Positions 30,777-39,520 of a stretch of 64,000 nt of DNA are shown here, piece by piece. The notes under the pieces are model-generated. The model had not been told where the DNA came from, searched no databases, and worked only from the letters and a program-made list of their open reading frames with translations. The stretch is from Myxococcota bacterium. Its GTDB lineage: Bacteria; Myxococcota_A; UBA9160; SMWR01. The stretch is from the NCBI GenBank assembly GCA_036274295.1, contig DASUFZ010000043.1:1820-65819 (forward strand), in the 5' to 3' direction. Numbering within the stretch: the stretch's first letter is position 1; each line of letters opens with the position of its first letter. A program made the translations under genes and the position numbers.

Positions 30777-33700
30777 GTGGCGAGCGTGGGGGAGCGGCCG
30801 GGTCCGCGCGACCGGGCCATCCAGGCGCGCGAACGCGAGCGGCGTGGCGAGCATGCGGAGGCGGCTGCCCTGTGGGCGCAGCTCGCGTCCCAGCGCGCCG
30901 TGGGAGCGAGACGCGCGGAGGCGCTCGCCGAGCAGGCGCGCCTGCTCGCGGGTCCGCTCGCGCGTCCGGACGAGGCGTTCGACGCCTGGCGCCGCGCCTT
31001 CGCCAACGACCCGAGCCGGCCCGACGTGCTCGAGGCGCTCGACACCGAAGCGCGCCGGCGCGGCGAATGGCTGCTGCTCGCCGCCGTGCTCCGTCGGCGT
31101 CTGGCGGCGACATCCGATCCGGCGCGCCGCGCCGAGCTCGCCTGCGCGCTCGGCCGCCTGGAGCTCGAGCAGCTGATGGCGCCCGGCGCCGCGCGCCGCT
31201 GGCTCGAGGCCGGTCTCGCGCTGGCGCCCTCCCACCTGCCGCTGGCCGAGGCGCTCGGAGAGCTCGAACGGCGCCAGGGCAACGGCGCCATCCACCTCGA
31301 CCTGCGCGAGCGCGTGCTCGAGCTGCGCGGTCCCGATGCGCCGCCGCGCGAGCTGCTCGAGGCCGCGACCCTGCGCTTCCAGCGCGGCGAGCCCGCACGC
31401 GCCCTCGTGCACCTCCAGCGCGCCGTCGAGCGCGCGCCCGACGACGGCGCCGTGCTCGAGCTGCTCGTCGAGGTCCTCGAACACCTCGACCGTCCGGCCG
31501 AGCAGGCCGACACGCTCGCGCGTCTGGCCGCGCTGGCGTCGCAGCCCCCGCGGCGCGCGGCATGGCTGACCCGCCTCGGCGCGCTGTGCGAGGAGCGCCT
31601 CTTCGACGTCGATGCCGCGCTCGACGCCTACCGCAGCGCGCTCGACGCCGATCCCGCGGCGCCGGGCGTCGCGGAGTGCGTGAGCCGCCTGCTCGCGAAG
31701 CGCGAGACTGCGCCCGCTGCCCCCTCGCCGGCGCCGGCCGCGGAGACGCCCGCTCCCACCCGCTCTCCGCTCGAGCAGCTCGAGCGCGAGGCGCGCACGA
31801 CCAGCGACCGCAACCGCCTCGGCCTGCTGGTGCGCGAGATCGAGACCGCCTACGCGCAGCGCGGCGCGCCCGACGGCGCGCTGCCCTGGGTCCAGCGCTG
31901 GGTGATGCTCGCGCCGGAGGAGCCGGAGGCGCTGCGCGCGCTCTCGCGCGTGCACGAGGCGCTCGGCCGCGAGGCCGAGCTCTGCGCGACGCTCGAGATG
32001 CTCGACCCGCTGCTCGGACCCGCCGAGCAGGCCGCGAACCGCCGCCGCATCGCCGCCATCTACCTGCGGCGCGAGCGACGCGACGACGCGCTGCGCGCCT
32101 ACGAGCGCGCACTCGCGCTCGATCCGCGCGACCTCGAATCGCTCGAGGCGCTGGCCGGGCTCCAGCGCGCGCGCGGCCCGTCGCCGGAGCTCGTGCGCAC
32201 GCTCTGGCGCATCGCCGAGCTCCAGGATCCGCAGCGGCGCGGCCTCTGCGTCGTCGAGATCGCGTCCGTGCAGCAGGAGATCGGCGACCTCGGCGCCGCG
32301 ATCGACACGCTCCAGCGTCTGGAGCGCGACGAGGCCGCGCCCGAGGAGGTGCCCGACCGCATCGAGGCGCTGCTCGAGCGCACCGGCCGTCACGAGGAGC
32401 TGGAGACGCGCCTGCGCGCGCGCGCCGCGAAGTACGAGCCGGACAGCGCGGAGTCGGTGGCGCTGGAGCTGCGCCGCGCGCGCCTGCTGCTCGATTCGCT
32501 CGGCCGCAGCGAGGATGCCGCCGAGGCCTATCGCGCCGTGCTGCGGCACGCGCCCGAGGCGCCCGACGCGAAGTCCGGTCTCGAGCGCGCGCTGCGCGCC
32601 GGCTTCGACGCCGCGGGGCTGGCCGACTTCCTCGCCGAGCAGGCGCGCACGGCCGAGGACCCGGCGCAGGGCGAGCGCAGCGCGCTCGAGCGCGCGGTGC
32701 TGCTCGACGAGGTGCTGGAGCGCGCCGAGGAAGCGCGCGACGTCTACAAGTCGCTGGCCGCCAACGCGCGCGATCGCGAGATCCGCGAGGAGGCCGGCGA
32801 GCGCTACGAGCGCATGCTGGAGGCGTCGAGCGAGTGGGAGACCCTGCGCGAGTTCATGGAGGCGCGGCTCTCGCGCGCCGAGGGCGCCGCGGCGGCGCAG
32901 CTGCACGAGCGGCTCGCGCGCCTGTGCGGCGAGCGGCTGCGCGATCGCGCGGCCGAGCTCTTCCACTGGGAGCAGATCACGGCGCGCGACCCCGGCCGCG
33001 GCGACGTCTGGCACCGGCTCGCCGAGCGCTACGAGCAGGAGGACCGGCTCGAGGACGCCGTGCGCGCCATGGAGTCCGAGCTCGCCAGCGGCCCCGAGCC
33101 CGCGCGCGCCCAGACCCTGCACGGGCGTCTGGCGGAGCTCGCGCTGCACGCGCAGGGCGACGAGGAGCGCGCGGCGCGCCACTACGAGCAGCTCTTCGAG
33201 CTGAACCCGGCGCACCCGACGGCGGCCAGCTTCCTGATCGAGCGTCACAAGCGCGCCGCGCGTCCCGAGGACGTGCTGCGCGTGCTCGAGTCGCGCCTCG
33301 CGACCTTGGAGTCGCGGCGCGGCGACGGCCTCTCGCCGGAGTCGCTGCGCAGCCACCGCACCGCGCTGCGCGTGCACATCGCGCGCGTGCGCGAGGAGCA
33401 GGGCGACGCCGAGGGCGCCATCTCGGCGCTCGAGGTCGCGCTCGGCGAGGAAGGTCCGCTCCCGCAGATCGCCGAGCCGCTGGCCGACACCTATCTGCGT
33501 GCGGGCTACAGCCTCGACCTGATCGAGCTGTGCCGCGCGGCCGCGGCCGCCTGCGACGAGGCGTCCGAACGCGCCGCCTGGTTCGTGCGCCTCGGCGACG
33601 CCTACCTCTCGCGCGAGCGCCCGCGCGAGGCGGCCGACGCCTACCGACAGGCGCTCGCGGAGCGCCCCGAGGACCGCGCGCTGCAGGCCTGCCTGCGCCA

Positions 33701-36700
33701 GCTCTACCGCAAGCTCGGCGATGCGGAGCCGCTCGCGCGCCTGCTCGACGCCGAGCTCGCGCATCTCGGCGGACCCGACGAGATCCCCGTGCGCGTCGAG
33801 CTGACGGAGCTGCTCGCGGGTCCGCTCGACCGCCCCGACAGCGCGCTGCTGCACGCGCGCCGCGTGCTCCAGCTCGCGCCGCACCACCCGCAGGCCTTCG
33901 AGAGCGCGCTCGCGATCGCGGCGCGCCTCGAGCGTCCGGACGTCGCGCTCGAGGTCCTCGACGCGCGGCTCGCCGACGCGCGCGGCGACGTCGAGCGCGC
34001 GGAGATCTGCGCGCGGCGCGCGCGCCTGCTGGCCGGCATGCCCGCTCGCGCCGAGGAGGCGCTCGACGCCTATCACGCGGCGCTGCGCTTCGCGCCCTTC
34101 TCGCGCGAGCTCCAGGTCGAGCTCGTCGCGCAGCTCGAGAAGCTGGAGCACTGGGACGAGGTGCTGTCGTGGCTCGGCCGCTTCGCGCGCGAGACCTCGG
34201 GCGCCGATCGCGCCGCGCAGCTCGAGCGCGCGCTGCACATCGCCTGGGACCGCCAGGGCCCCGACGCCGCCCTGCCCTGGCTCGAGCGCCTGCGGCTCGA
34301 ACGGCCGCGCGACGTGCGCATCGTCGCGCGCATCGCCGACGTCCACCGGCGCGCGGGCCGGCGCGAGGCGCTGCTCGTCGCGCTCGAAGCGGAGGCCGCG
34401 CTCTCGGCCGAGCCGGCGCGCCGCCGCGATCTCCACCTCGAGCGCGCGCGCCTGCTCGAGCGCCCGCATCCCGCGCGCGCGCTCGCGGCCGTCCAGGCGG
34501 CGCGCGCCGCGACGCCGGAAGACCCCGCCGTGCTCGCGCGGGTCGAGGATCTCGAGCGCCGCCTGGGACTCCACACGCAGCGCGCCGCCACGCTCGAGGC
34601 GCTGCTCGTCGCGCCCGGCACCGATCGCATCGAGCTGCATTGCCGGCTCGCCGCGCTCTACGACGGCCCGCTCGGCGACGCCACGGGCGCCGCGCGTCAC
34701 TGGCGCGCCGCGCTGGCGCTGGCGGCGCCGGGCGCCGCGGCACGCGCCGAGATCCTGCGCTGTCTGGCCGAGACGCAGCGCCGCATGGGGGATCGCGAGG
34801 GCTGGGCCGAGGCGGCCGAGGCCGAGCTCGCCGCGCTCCGGCCCGAGCCGGTCTTCGACGACCGCCGGCGCGAGCTGCGCCAGCAGCTGGCGGTGGTCTG
34901 GTTCACCGAGCTCGGGCGCCCCGACGCTTCGCTGCGTCATCTGCGCGCGCTGCTCGATTCCGGCGAGGACGATCTCCTCGGGCGCGAGACCGTCGCGCGC
35001 CTCGAGCGCATCGCGCTGCGCGCGCTGCGCGCCGCGGATCTACCCGTCGAGCTGGAGGCGCGCATGGCGCGTCACCTGGCGCGCTGCCCCGACGACGTCG
35101 CGCTCTGGCTGGAGCTGGCGGCGCTGCGCGAGGACCGCCTGCAGGCGCCGTCCGCCGCGCTCGAGGCCTACCGGCGCGCGCACGCGCTCGATCCGGGCAG
35201 CCTCGCCGCGATCCACGGCCTGCGCCGCGTGGCCGAACGCCTGGAGCGCTGGCAGGACGTGGCGGACTCGCTCGAGCGCGAGCTGACCCACCCCGACACC
35301 GAGCGCGCGCGCGACCGCAGCGCGCTGCTGCGCCGGCTCGGCGACATCTGCTGGCACCGCCTCGCGTCGACCACGCGCGCGTCGCGCTGCTACGCGGCCG
35401 CGATCGAGGCGAACCCGCACGACCTCGCCGCACTGCGCGCCCTCGAGCGCCTGCTCGAGGCGATGGAGGACTGGCGCGGCGCGCTCGACCTGTACGAGAG
35501 CGAGATCGAGGTGCTGGGGCCGAGCGATGCCAAGCGCCGGCGCGCCCTGTGGCTGCGCGTGGCAGAGCTCGCGCGCGTGCGCACCGACGAGATCGAGCGC
35601 GCGCGGCGCGCCTATGCGCATGCCGCCGCCGAGGGCGAGCTCGAGCCGCCGGCACAGCGCGAGTGGGCCGAGCTGCATGCGCGCGCGGGCGACACCGAGG
35701 CCTTCGCGGAGGCCTTCCGCGCCTGGTGCGACACGGCCGGCGCCGGCGCGACGCCGGCCGATCAGCTGCGCCTGGCGCGCTGCCTGGCCGAGCTCGGCCG
35801 CCGCGAGGACGCGCTCGCGCGCGTCTCGCTGGTGCTGGCGGCGGAGCCGGGCCTGCCCGGCGCCTGGGATCTCGCGGCGGGGCTTCGCGAGTCGCTCGGC
35901 GACGCCTCGGGCGCCGCCGCCGCGCTCTTCGAGGCTGCCGCCGCGCAGGTCGAGGATCGGCAGGCCGGCCCGCGGCTGCTGCGCGGCGCCTCGCTCCTGA
36001 TGGAGCGCGATCCGGAGCGCGCGCTCGCCGCGCTGCGCGACGCCGCCGCCCGCACGCCCGCGTCGCGCGACGCGCACGCGGGACGCGCGCGCGTGGCCGC
36101 GGCGCTCGGACGACACCAGGAGGCGTACGAGGCGGCCTCGCGGGCGCTCGATCTGGACGCCGCCGCGCGCGTCGCGCCCGCGGACGCCGGCGCGCTGGCG
36201 CTGCTGGCCGGCGACTCCGCGCGCGCCGCCTCGCGTCTCGACGCGGCGGTCGGCTTCTACGAGCGCGCCCGCGCGCTCCAGCCCGAGGACCCGCACGCGC
36301 TCTCCCGCCTCGGCGAGGCGCTGGTCGCTCTCGGCGATTTCGGCACCGCGCGCGAGGTGCTCGGCGCGCGCATCGAGCGCGGCGACGCCTATCCCGAGCG
36401 GCCGCGACACCGCGTGCTGCTCGGCCGCTGCCTCGAGCAGCTCGACGCGCTGGAAGAGGCGCTCGGCGTCTACGAGGCCGCGCTGGCCGAGGATCCGCAG
36501 CTGCCCGAGGCGCTCGACGCGCTCGTCTCCGTGCACGACGCGCTCGGTCACGTCGACGAGGGCGTGGCGGCGCTCGAGCGGCGCGCCCGCGGCGAGCGCG
36601 ACCCCGCCGCGCGCGCGCGCCACTGGCTGCGCGCCGCGGAGTGGGAGCTGCGCTGCACGGGGCGCGAGGCGTCTGCCGAGCGACACCTGCGCGAGGCCGT

Positions 36701-38027
36701 CGCCGCCGATCCTCACCAGGCCGCGGCGTGGCGGATCCTGGTCGCGCAGCTGCTGCACGCGGGCCGGCTCGAGGATGCGATCGCCGCGGCGGACCGCGCC
36801 GCCGCCGCGCTCGAGAGCGGGGCGGATCTCGGCGCCATCGCGCTGCTCCAGGCGCGCGCCTACGAGGAGCGCGGCGCGCGCCCCGAGGCCGCCGAGGTGT
36901 ACGGGATCGCGGCGGAGATCGACCCGCGCTGCATCGAGGCGGCGCTGGCGCAGGCGCGCCTGCTGCGCGGCTTCGGCGACTGGCGCGCCGCGGCCGAGGC
37001 GCTGCGCGTCTTCCTCACGCGGCATCCGCAGCCGGAGGAGCGCGGGCTCGCGGAGGTGCACGAGCAGCACGCGCGCCTGCTCGCGGGTCCGCTCGAGGAC
37101 GTCGAGGCCGCCGTGGTCGCCTACCGCCGCGCGATCGCGCTGGTCCCGGAAGGCCTGTCGGCGCGCTCGTCGCTGGCCGAGCTGCTCTCGCACCGTTCCG
37201 GCGACGCCGCCGAGGCGCTCGCGCATCTGCGCCCGCTGCTGGAGGCGAACCCGATCGACGCGACCTGCCTGCGCGTCGCGCTGCGCATCGCGCGGGCGCG
37301 CGGCGCCGATGCGCGCGCGGGGATCGCGGTGCTGCGCGCCCTCGGCATCGCCACGACCTACGAGGTCGACGAGGCCGGCGCCGCCGCGGACTGGCGTCCC
37401 GCCGCGGAGACCGGACTCGCGGACCCCCACTTCGAAACCCTGCGCCAGCTCGCGCTCGAGGGCGCGGCTGCGCTCGCCGCCGCGCGAGGTGAGTCGGGCG
37501 AGCCGGCGCCGCGCGCCGGCGCCGCGGGGTCGCAGGGCCGCCTCGAGGAGTTCCGCGACGCGCTGCACCGCGCCGAGCGCGAGCTCTGCGCGCCCGCCCT
37601 GCTCGGCCGTCCGGCCGACGAGGTCGGCGCGCTGCAGCGCCTGCTCGCCAGCGTCCTGCTCGATCCCGACGCGGTCCACGGCGACGGCCGCCGCGTGAAC
37701 GCTCTTGCGTCTGCGCTGACCCGACGCATGCGCAAGCGCCTGAAGAAGCTGCTCGACGGCACGACCCTGCGCGGCGTCGCCGATACCGACTTCGCGGCCT
37801 GGCAGCTCGACGTGCGCGCCTTCGCCGCGTCGAGCGTGCTCGCGCGCGGCGTCGCGGATCTGCGCACCGCGCTCTGCGCGCTGGTGTGCGAGGACGGCGC
37901 GGGCCCGCAGCTCGAGGCGCGCGATGGCGACGACATCAGCGCGCGGGTCGCGGCATCGCCGCTCGCGCTGGCGCTCGTGCGCCGCATCGTGCGCGGCTGG
38001 CTGACCCGCCTGTGCGAGACGCGGTGA
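30777..38027 (+). CDS. Giant (~2,400 aa) all-TPR / helical-repeat protein
   Basis: In-frame part of track ORF 28353..38027 beyond the divergent kinase gene. Plausible starts are GTG 30744, 30777 or 30786. The translation is wall-to-wall TPR-type repeats (DAALDAYRSALDADP, DDALRAYERALALDPRD, SAALEAYRRAHALDPGS, EEALGVYEAALAEDPQ and many more). No signal peptide or TM. The other long ORFs over this span are R/A/G-rich shadows. Confidence 0.8.
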   Translation: MASVGERPGPRDRAIQARERERRGEHAEAAALWAQLASQRAVGARRAEALAEQARLLAGPLARPDEAFDAWRRAFANDPSRPDVLEALDTEARRRGEWLLLAAVLRRRLAATSDPARRAELACALGRLELEQLMAPGAARRWLEAGLALAPSHLPLAEALGELERRQGNGAIHLDLRERVLELRGPDAPPRELLEAATLRFQRGEPARALVHLQRAVERAPDDGAVLELLVEVLEHLDRPAEQADTLARLAALASQPPRRAAWLTRLGALCEERLFDVDAALDAYRSALDADPAAPGVAECVSRLLAKRETAPAAPSPAPAAETPAPTRSPLEQLEREARTTSDRNRLGLLVREIETAYAQRGAPDGALPWVQRWVMLAPEEPEALRALSRVHEALGREAELCATLEMLDPLLGPAEQAANRRRIAAIYLRRERRDDALRAYERALALDPRDLESLEALAGLQRARGPSPELVRTLWRIAELQDPQRRGLCVVEIASVQQEIGDLGAAIDTLQRLERDEAAPEEVPDRIEALLERTGRHEELETRLRARAAKYEPDSAESVALELRRARLLLDSLGRSEDAAEAYRAVLRHAPEAPDAKSGLERALRAGFDAAGLADFLAEQARTAEDPAQGERSALERAVLLDEVLERAEEARDVYKSLAANARDREIREEAGERYERMLEASSEWETLREFMEARLSRAEGAAAAQLHERLARLCGERLRDRAAELFHWEQITARDPGRGDVWHRLAERYEQEDRLEDAVRAMESELASGPEPARAQTLHGRLAELALHAQGDEERAARHYEQLFELNPAHPTAASFLIERHKRAARPEDVLRVLESRLATLESRRGDGLSPESLRSHRTALRVHIARVREEQGDAEGAISALEVALGEEGPLPQIAEPLADTYLRAGYSLDLIELCRAAAAACDEASERAAWFVRLGDAYLSRERPREAADAYRQALAERPEDRALQACLRQLYRKLGDAEPLARLLDAELAHLGGPDEIPVRVELTELLAGPLDRPDSALLHARRVLQLAPHHPQAFESALAIAARLERPDVALEVLDARLADARGDVERAEICARRARLLAGMPARAEEALDAYHAALRFAPFSRELQVELVAQLEKLEHWDEVLSWLGRFARETSGADRAAQLERALHIAWDRQGPDAALPWLERLRLERPRDVRIVARIADVHRRAGRREALLVALEAEAALSAEPARRRDLHLERARLLERPHPARALAAVQAARAATPEDPAVLARVEDLERRLGLHTQRAATLEALLVAPGTDRIELHCRLAALYDGPLGDATGAARHWRAALALAAPGAAARAEILRCLAETQRRMGDREGWAEAAEAELAALRPEPVFDDRRRELRQQLAVVWFTELGRPDASLRHLRALLDSGEDDLLGRETVARLERIALRALRAADLPVELEARMARHLARCPDDVALWLELAALREDRLQAPSAALEAYRRAHALDPGSLAAIHGLRRVAERLERWQDVADSLERELTHPDTERARDRSALLRRLGDICWHRLASTTRASRCYAAAIEANPHDLAALRALERLLEAMEDWRGALDLYESEIEVLGPSDAKRRRALWLRVAELARVRTDEIERARRAYAHAAAEGELEPPAQREWAELHARAGDTEAFAEAFRAWCDTAGAGATPADQLRLARCLAELGRREDALARVSLVLAAEPGLPGAWDLAAGLRESLGDASGAAAALFEAAAAQVEDRQAGPRLLRGASLLMERDPERALAALRDAAARTPASRDAHAGRARVAAALGRHQEAYEAASRALDLDAAARVAPADAGALALLAGDSARAASRLDAAVGFYERARALQPEDPHALSRLGEALVALGDFGTAREVLGARIERGDAYPERPRHRVLLGRCLEQLDALEEALGVYEAALAEDPQLPEALDALVSVHDALGHVDEGVAALERRARGERDPAARARHWLRAAEWELRCTGREASAERHLREAVAADPHQAAAWRILVAQLLHAGRLEDAIAAADRAAAALESGADLGAIALLQARAYEERGARPEAAEVYGIAAEIDPRCIEAALAQARLLRGFGDWRAAAEALRVFLTRHPQPEERGLAEVHEQHARLLAGPLEDVEAAVVAYRRAIALVPEGLSARSSLAELLSHRSGDAAEALAHLRPLLEANPIDATCLRVALRIARARGADARAGIAVLRALGIATTYEVDEAGAAADWRPAAETGLADPHFETLRQLALEGAAALAAARGESGEPAPRAGAAGSQGRLEEFRDALHRAERELCAPALLGRPADEVGALQRLLASVLLDPDAVHGDGRRVNALASALTRRMRKRLKKLLDGTTLRGVADTDFAAWQLDVRAFAASSVLARGVADLRTALCALVCEDGAGPQLEARDGDDISARVAASPLALALVRRIVRGWLTRLCETR

Positions 38028-38371
38028 GCACGCGCGCGAGGCGCCGCTATCGCCGCATGACGGTCCGCATCCGCGCGGTCTACGAGTACGCCGGGACGTC
38101 GCGCGAGGCGACGGCCACCACGCTCGGCGCCGGCGGCCTCTTCGTCGCCACCGACGACGCGCCGCCGGCGGGCAGCATCCTGCGCATCCGCTTCCGCGTG
38201 CCGGACGGCAGCCGCGAGCATGCCGTCGTCGCGCGCGTCGTGTGGGCGCACCGCCCGGGCGACCCCGGCGCGCAGACGCCCGGCATGGGGATCTCGTTCA
38301 CGAGCCCCGCGGACGTCGCGGCGATCGCGGCCGAGCTGGAAGCAAGCGCGGAGCTGGCGGAGGAGCGCTAG
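38024..38371 (+). CDS. Small single-domain PilZ protein, translationally coupled to the giant TPR gene
   Basis: Tail of track ORF 37886..38371. GTG 38024 overlaps the TPR stop (GTGA). Reads VSTRARRRYRRMTVRIRAVYEY...ATTLGAGGLFVATDD...ILRIRFRVP...VVARVVWAH...GMGISF, a PilZ fold pattern. An RxxxR-type Arg cluster is present, but the second motif is TLGAGG rather than D/NxSxxG. Confidence 0.7.
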   Translation: MSTRARRRYRRMTVRIRAVYEYAGTSREATATTLGAGGLFVATDDAPPAGSILRIRFRVPDGSREHAVVARVVWAHRPGDPGAQTPGMGISFTSPADVAAIAAELEASAELAEER

Positions 38372-39279
38372 ACGCGCGCCGCGGCGGCGACGCGCGGGAG
38401 GCTGATGCCGCGCGCGTGCGGGCGATCCGGATCGTCGATCACCCAGCACTCCGGGCGCTCGAGGATCGCGGCGACCAGCCGCTGGTGCAGCGCGTGGCCC
38501 CCGCGCTCGACCTTGACGTGGCCGACGAGCGGCACGCCGAGCAGCGCGAGATCGCCGCACAGGTCGAGGATCTTGTGGCGCACGAACTCGTCGGACCAGC
38601 GCAGGCCCGACGGATTCACCACGCGCGTGTCGTCGAGCAGGACGGCGTTGTCGAGCGAGCCGCCGCGCGCGAGACCGGCGTTCCAGAGCGCGCGCACGTC
38701 GCGCAGGAAGCCGAAGGTGCGGGCCGCGGAGAGCTCGCGGTCGAAGCGGTCGGCGTCGAGCGGCGCCAGGCTCAGCTCCTGGCGGCCGATCGCGGGATGC
38801 TCGAAATCGACGGCGTAGTGGACGCGGAAGTCGCGCGCGGGCTCGACCGAGATGCGGCGGTCGCCGTCGCGGATCTCGATCGGGCGGCGGATGCGCAGGG
38901 TGCGCCGGCGCTCGCGCTGCCGGAACACGCCGGCCGAGCGGATCAGGTAGACGAAGGGCGCGGAGCTGCCGTCCATGACGGGCAGCTCGGGGCCGTCGAC
39001 CTCGACGCGGACGTTGTCGATGCCCATCCCGAAGAGTGCCGCGAGCAAGTGCTCGACGGTGCGGATGCTGGCCTCGCCGCGTCCGAGCGTGGTCGCGAGA
39101 TAGGTCGACGAGATCTCGCGCGAGCGCGCGGGGATCTCGATGGGCGTCTTGCAGTCGGTCCGGACGAAGGTGATGCCTTCGTCCGCTCGAGCTGGATGCA
39201 GAACCAGCTGCGTCGGTGCGCCGCTGTGGAGACCGATCCCCGTACAGGAGACCTTCTCGGCGATCGTCTGCTGGTACAC
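38368..39279 (-). CDS. lpxC: UDP-3-O-acyl-N-acetylglucosamine deacetylase
   Basis: Track ORF 38368..39486, trimmed to GTG 39279, which is preceded by GGGGGAGGGGGA. Reads VYQQTIAEKVSCTGIGLHSGAPT, TVEHLLAAL, GPELPVMDGSS and FVRHKILDLCGDLALLG. Confidence 0.9.
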   Translation of the reverse strand: MYQQTIAEKVSCTGIGLHSGAPTQLVLHPARADEGITFVRTDCKTPIEIPARSREISSTYLATTLGRGEASIRTVEHLLAALFGMGIDNVRVEVDGPELPVMDGSSAPFVYLIRSAGVFRQRERRRTLRIRRPIEIRDGDRRISVEPARDFRVHYAVDFEHPAIGRQELSLAPLDADRFDRELSAARTFGFLRDVRALWNAGLARGGSLDNAVLLDDTRVVNPSGLRWSDEFVRHKILDLCGDLALLGVPLVGHVKVERGGHALHQRLVAAILERPECWVIDDPDRPHARGISLPRVAAAARV

Positions 39280-39470
39280 CCGTCCCCCTCCCCCAACGTT
39301 TCGACGCGGATCCAGGCGGATCCGATACCCAGGCATCCCCGAACGCGCGGACTCAGAGCAAGCGACGTGCCCACTCGATGCCGGCGGCGCCTCGGAGGAA
39401 TTCTCTTTTAGTTTCGGTGAGTTGTATTGGTCGGTCGGAGCGAGCCGCCGGAGCCGGCAGCCTCCGTCTC

Positions 39471-39506
39471 GTGACGCTCCCGTCACGCGCGTGACGAGAA
39501 CGTCAC
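39471..39506. promoter_or_regulatory. Two tandem 16-bp palindromes, giving four hexamers at exact 10-bp phasing
   Basis: GTGACGctccCGTCACgcgcGTGACGagaaCGTCAC. Hexamers start at 39471, 39481, 39491 and 39501. The block lies 15 nt downstream of the kinase stop and ~190 nt upstream of the lpxC start. Confidence 0.6.
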
Positions 39507-39520
39507 AGGCATCGAATCGG

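Noticed and set aside
30537-34940. The upstream 1,460 aa of the 2,236-aa minus-strand track ORF 28230..34940, and the 879-aa and 588-aa minus ORFs at 35040..37679 and 32977..34743
   Set aside because: The translations are monotonous Arg/Ala/Gly/Glu strings with no motifs. They lie antisense to a frame with clear TPR periodicity. Only the last 768 aa (28230..30536) form a recognisable histidine kinase with its own ATG. This is the typical shadow-ORF behaviour of very GC-rich DNA.
30872-37492. A 2,206-aa plus-strand ORF in the +2 frame of the TPR gene
   Set aside because: Its composition is extremely R/A/G/P-rich (for example [19 protein letters not shown]...). It has no domain signature and is fully nested in the better-supported TPR frame.
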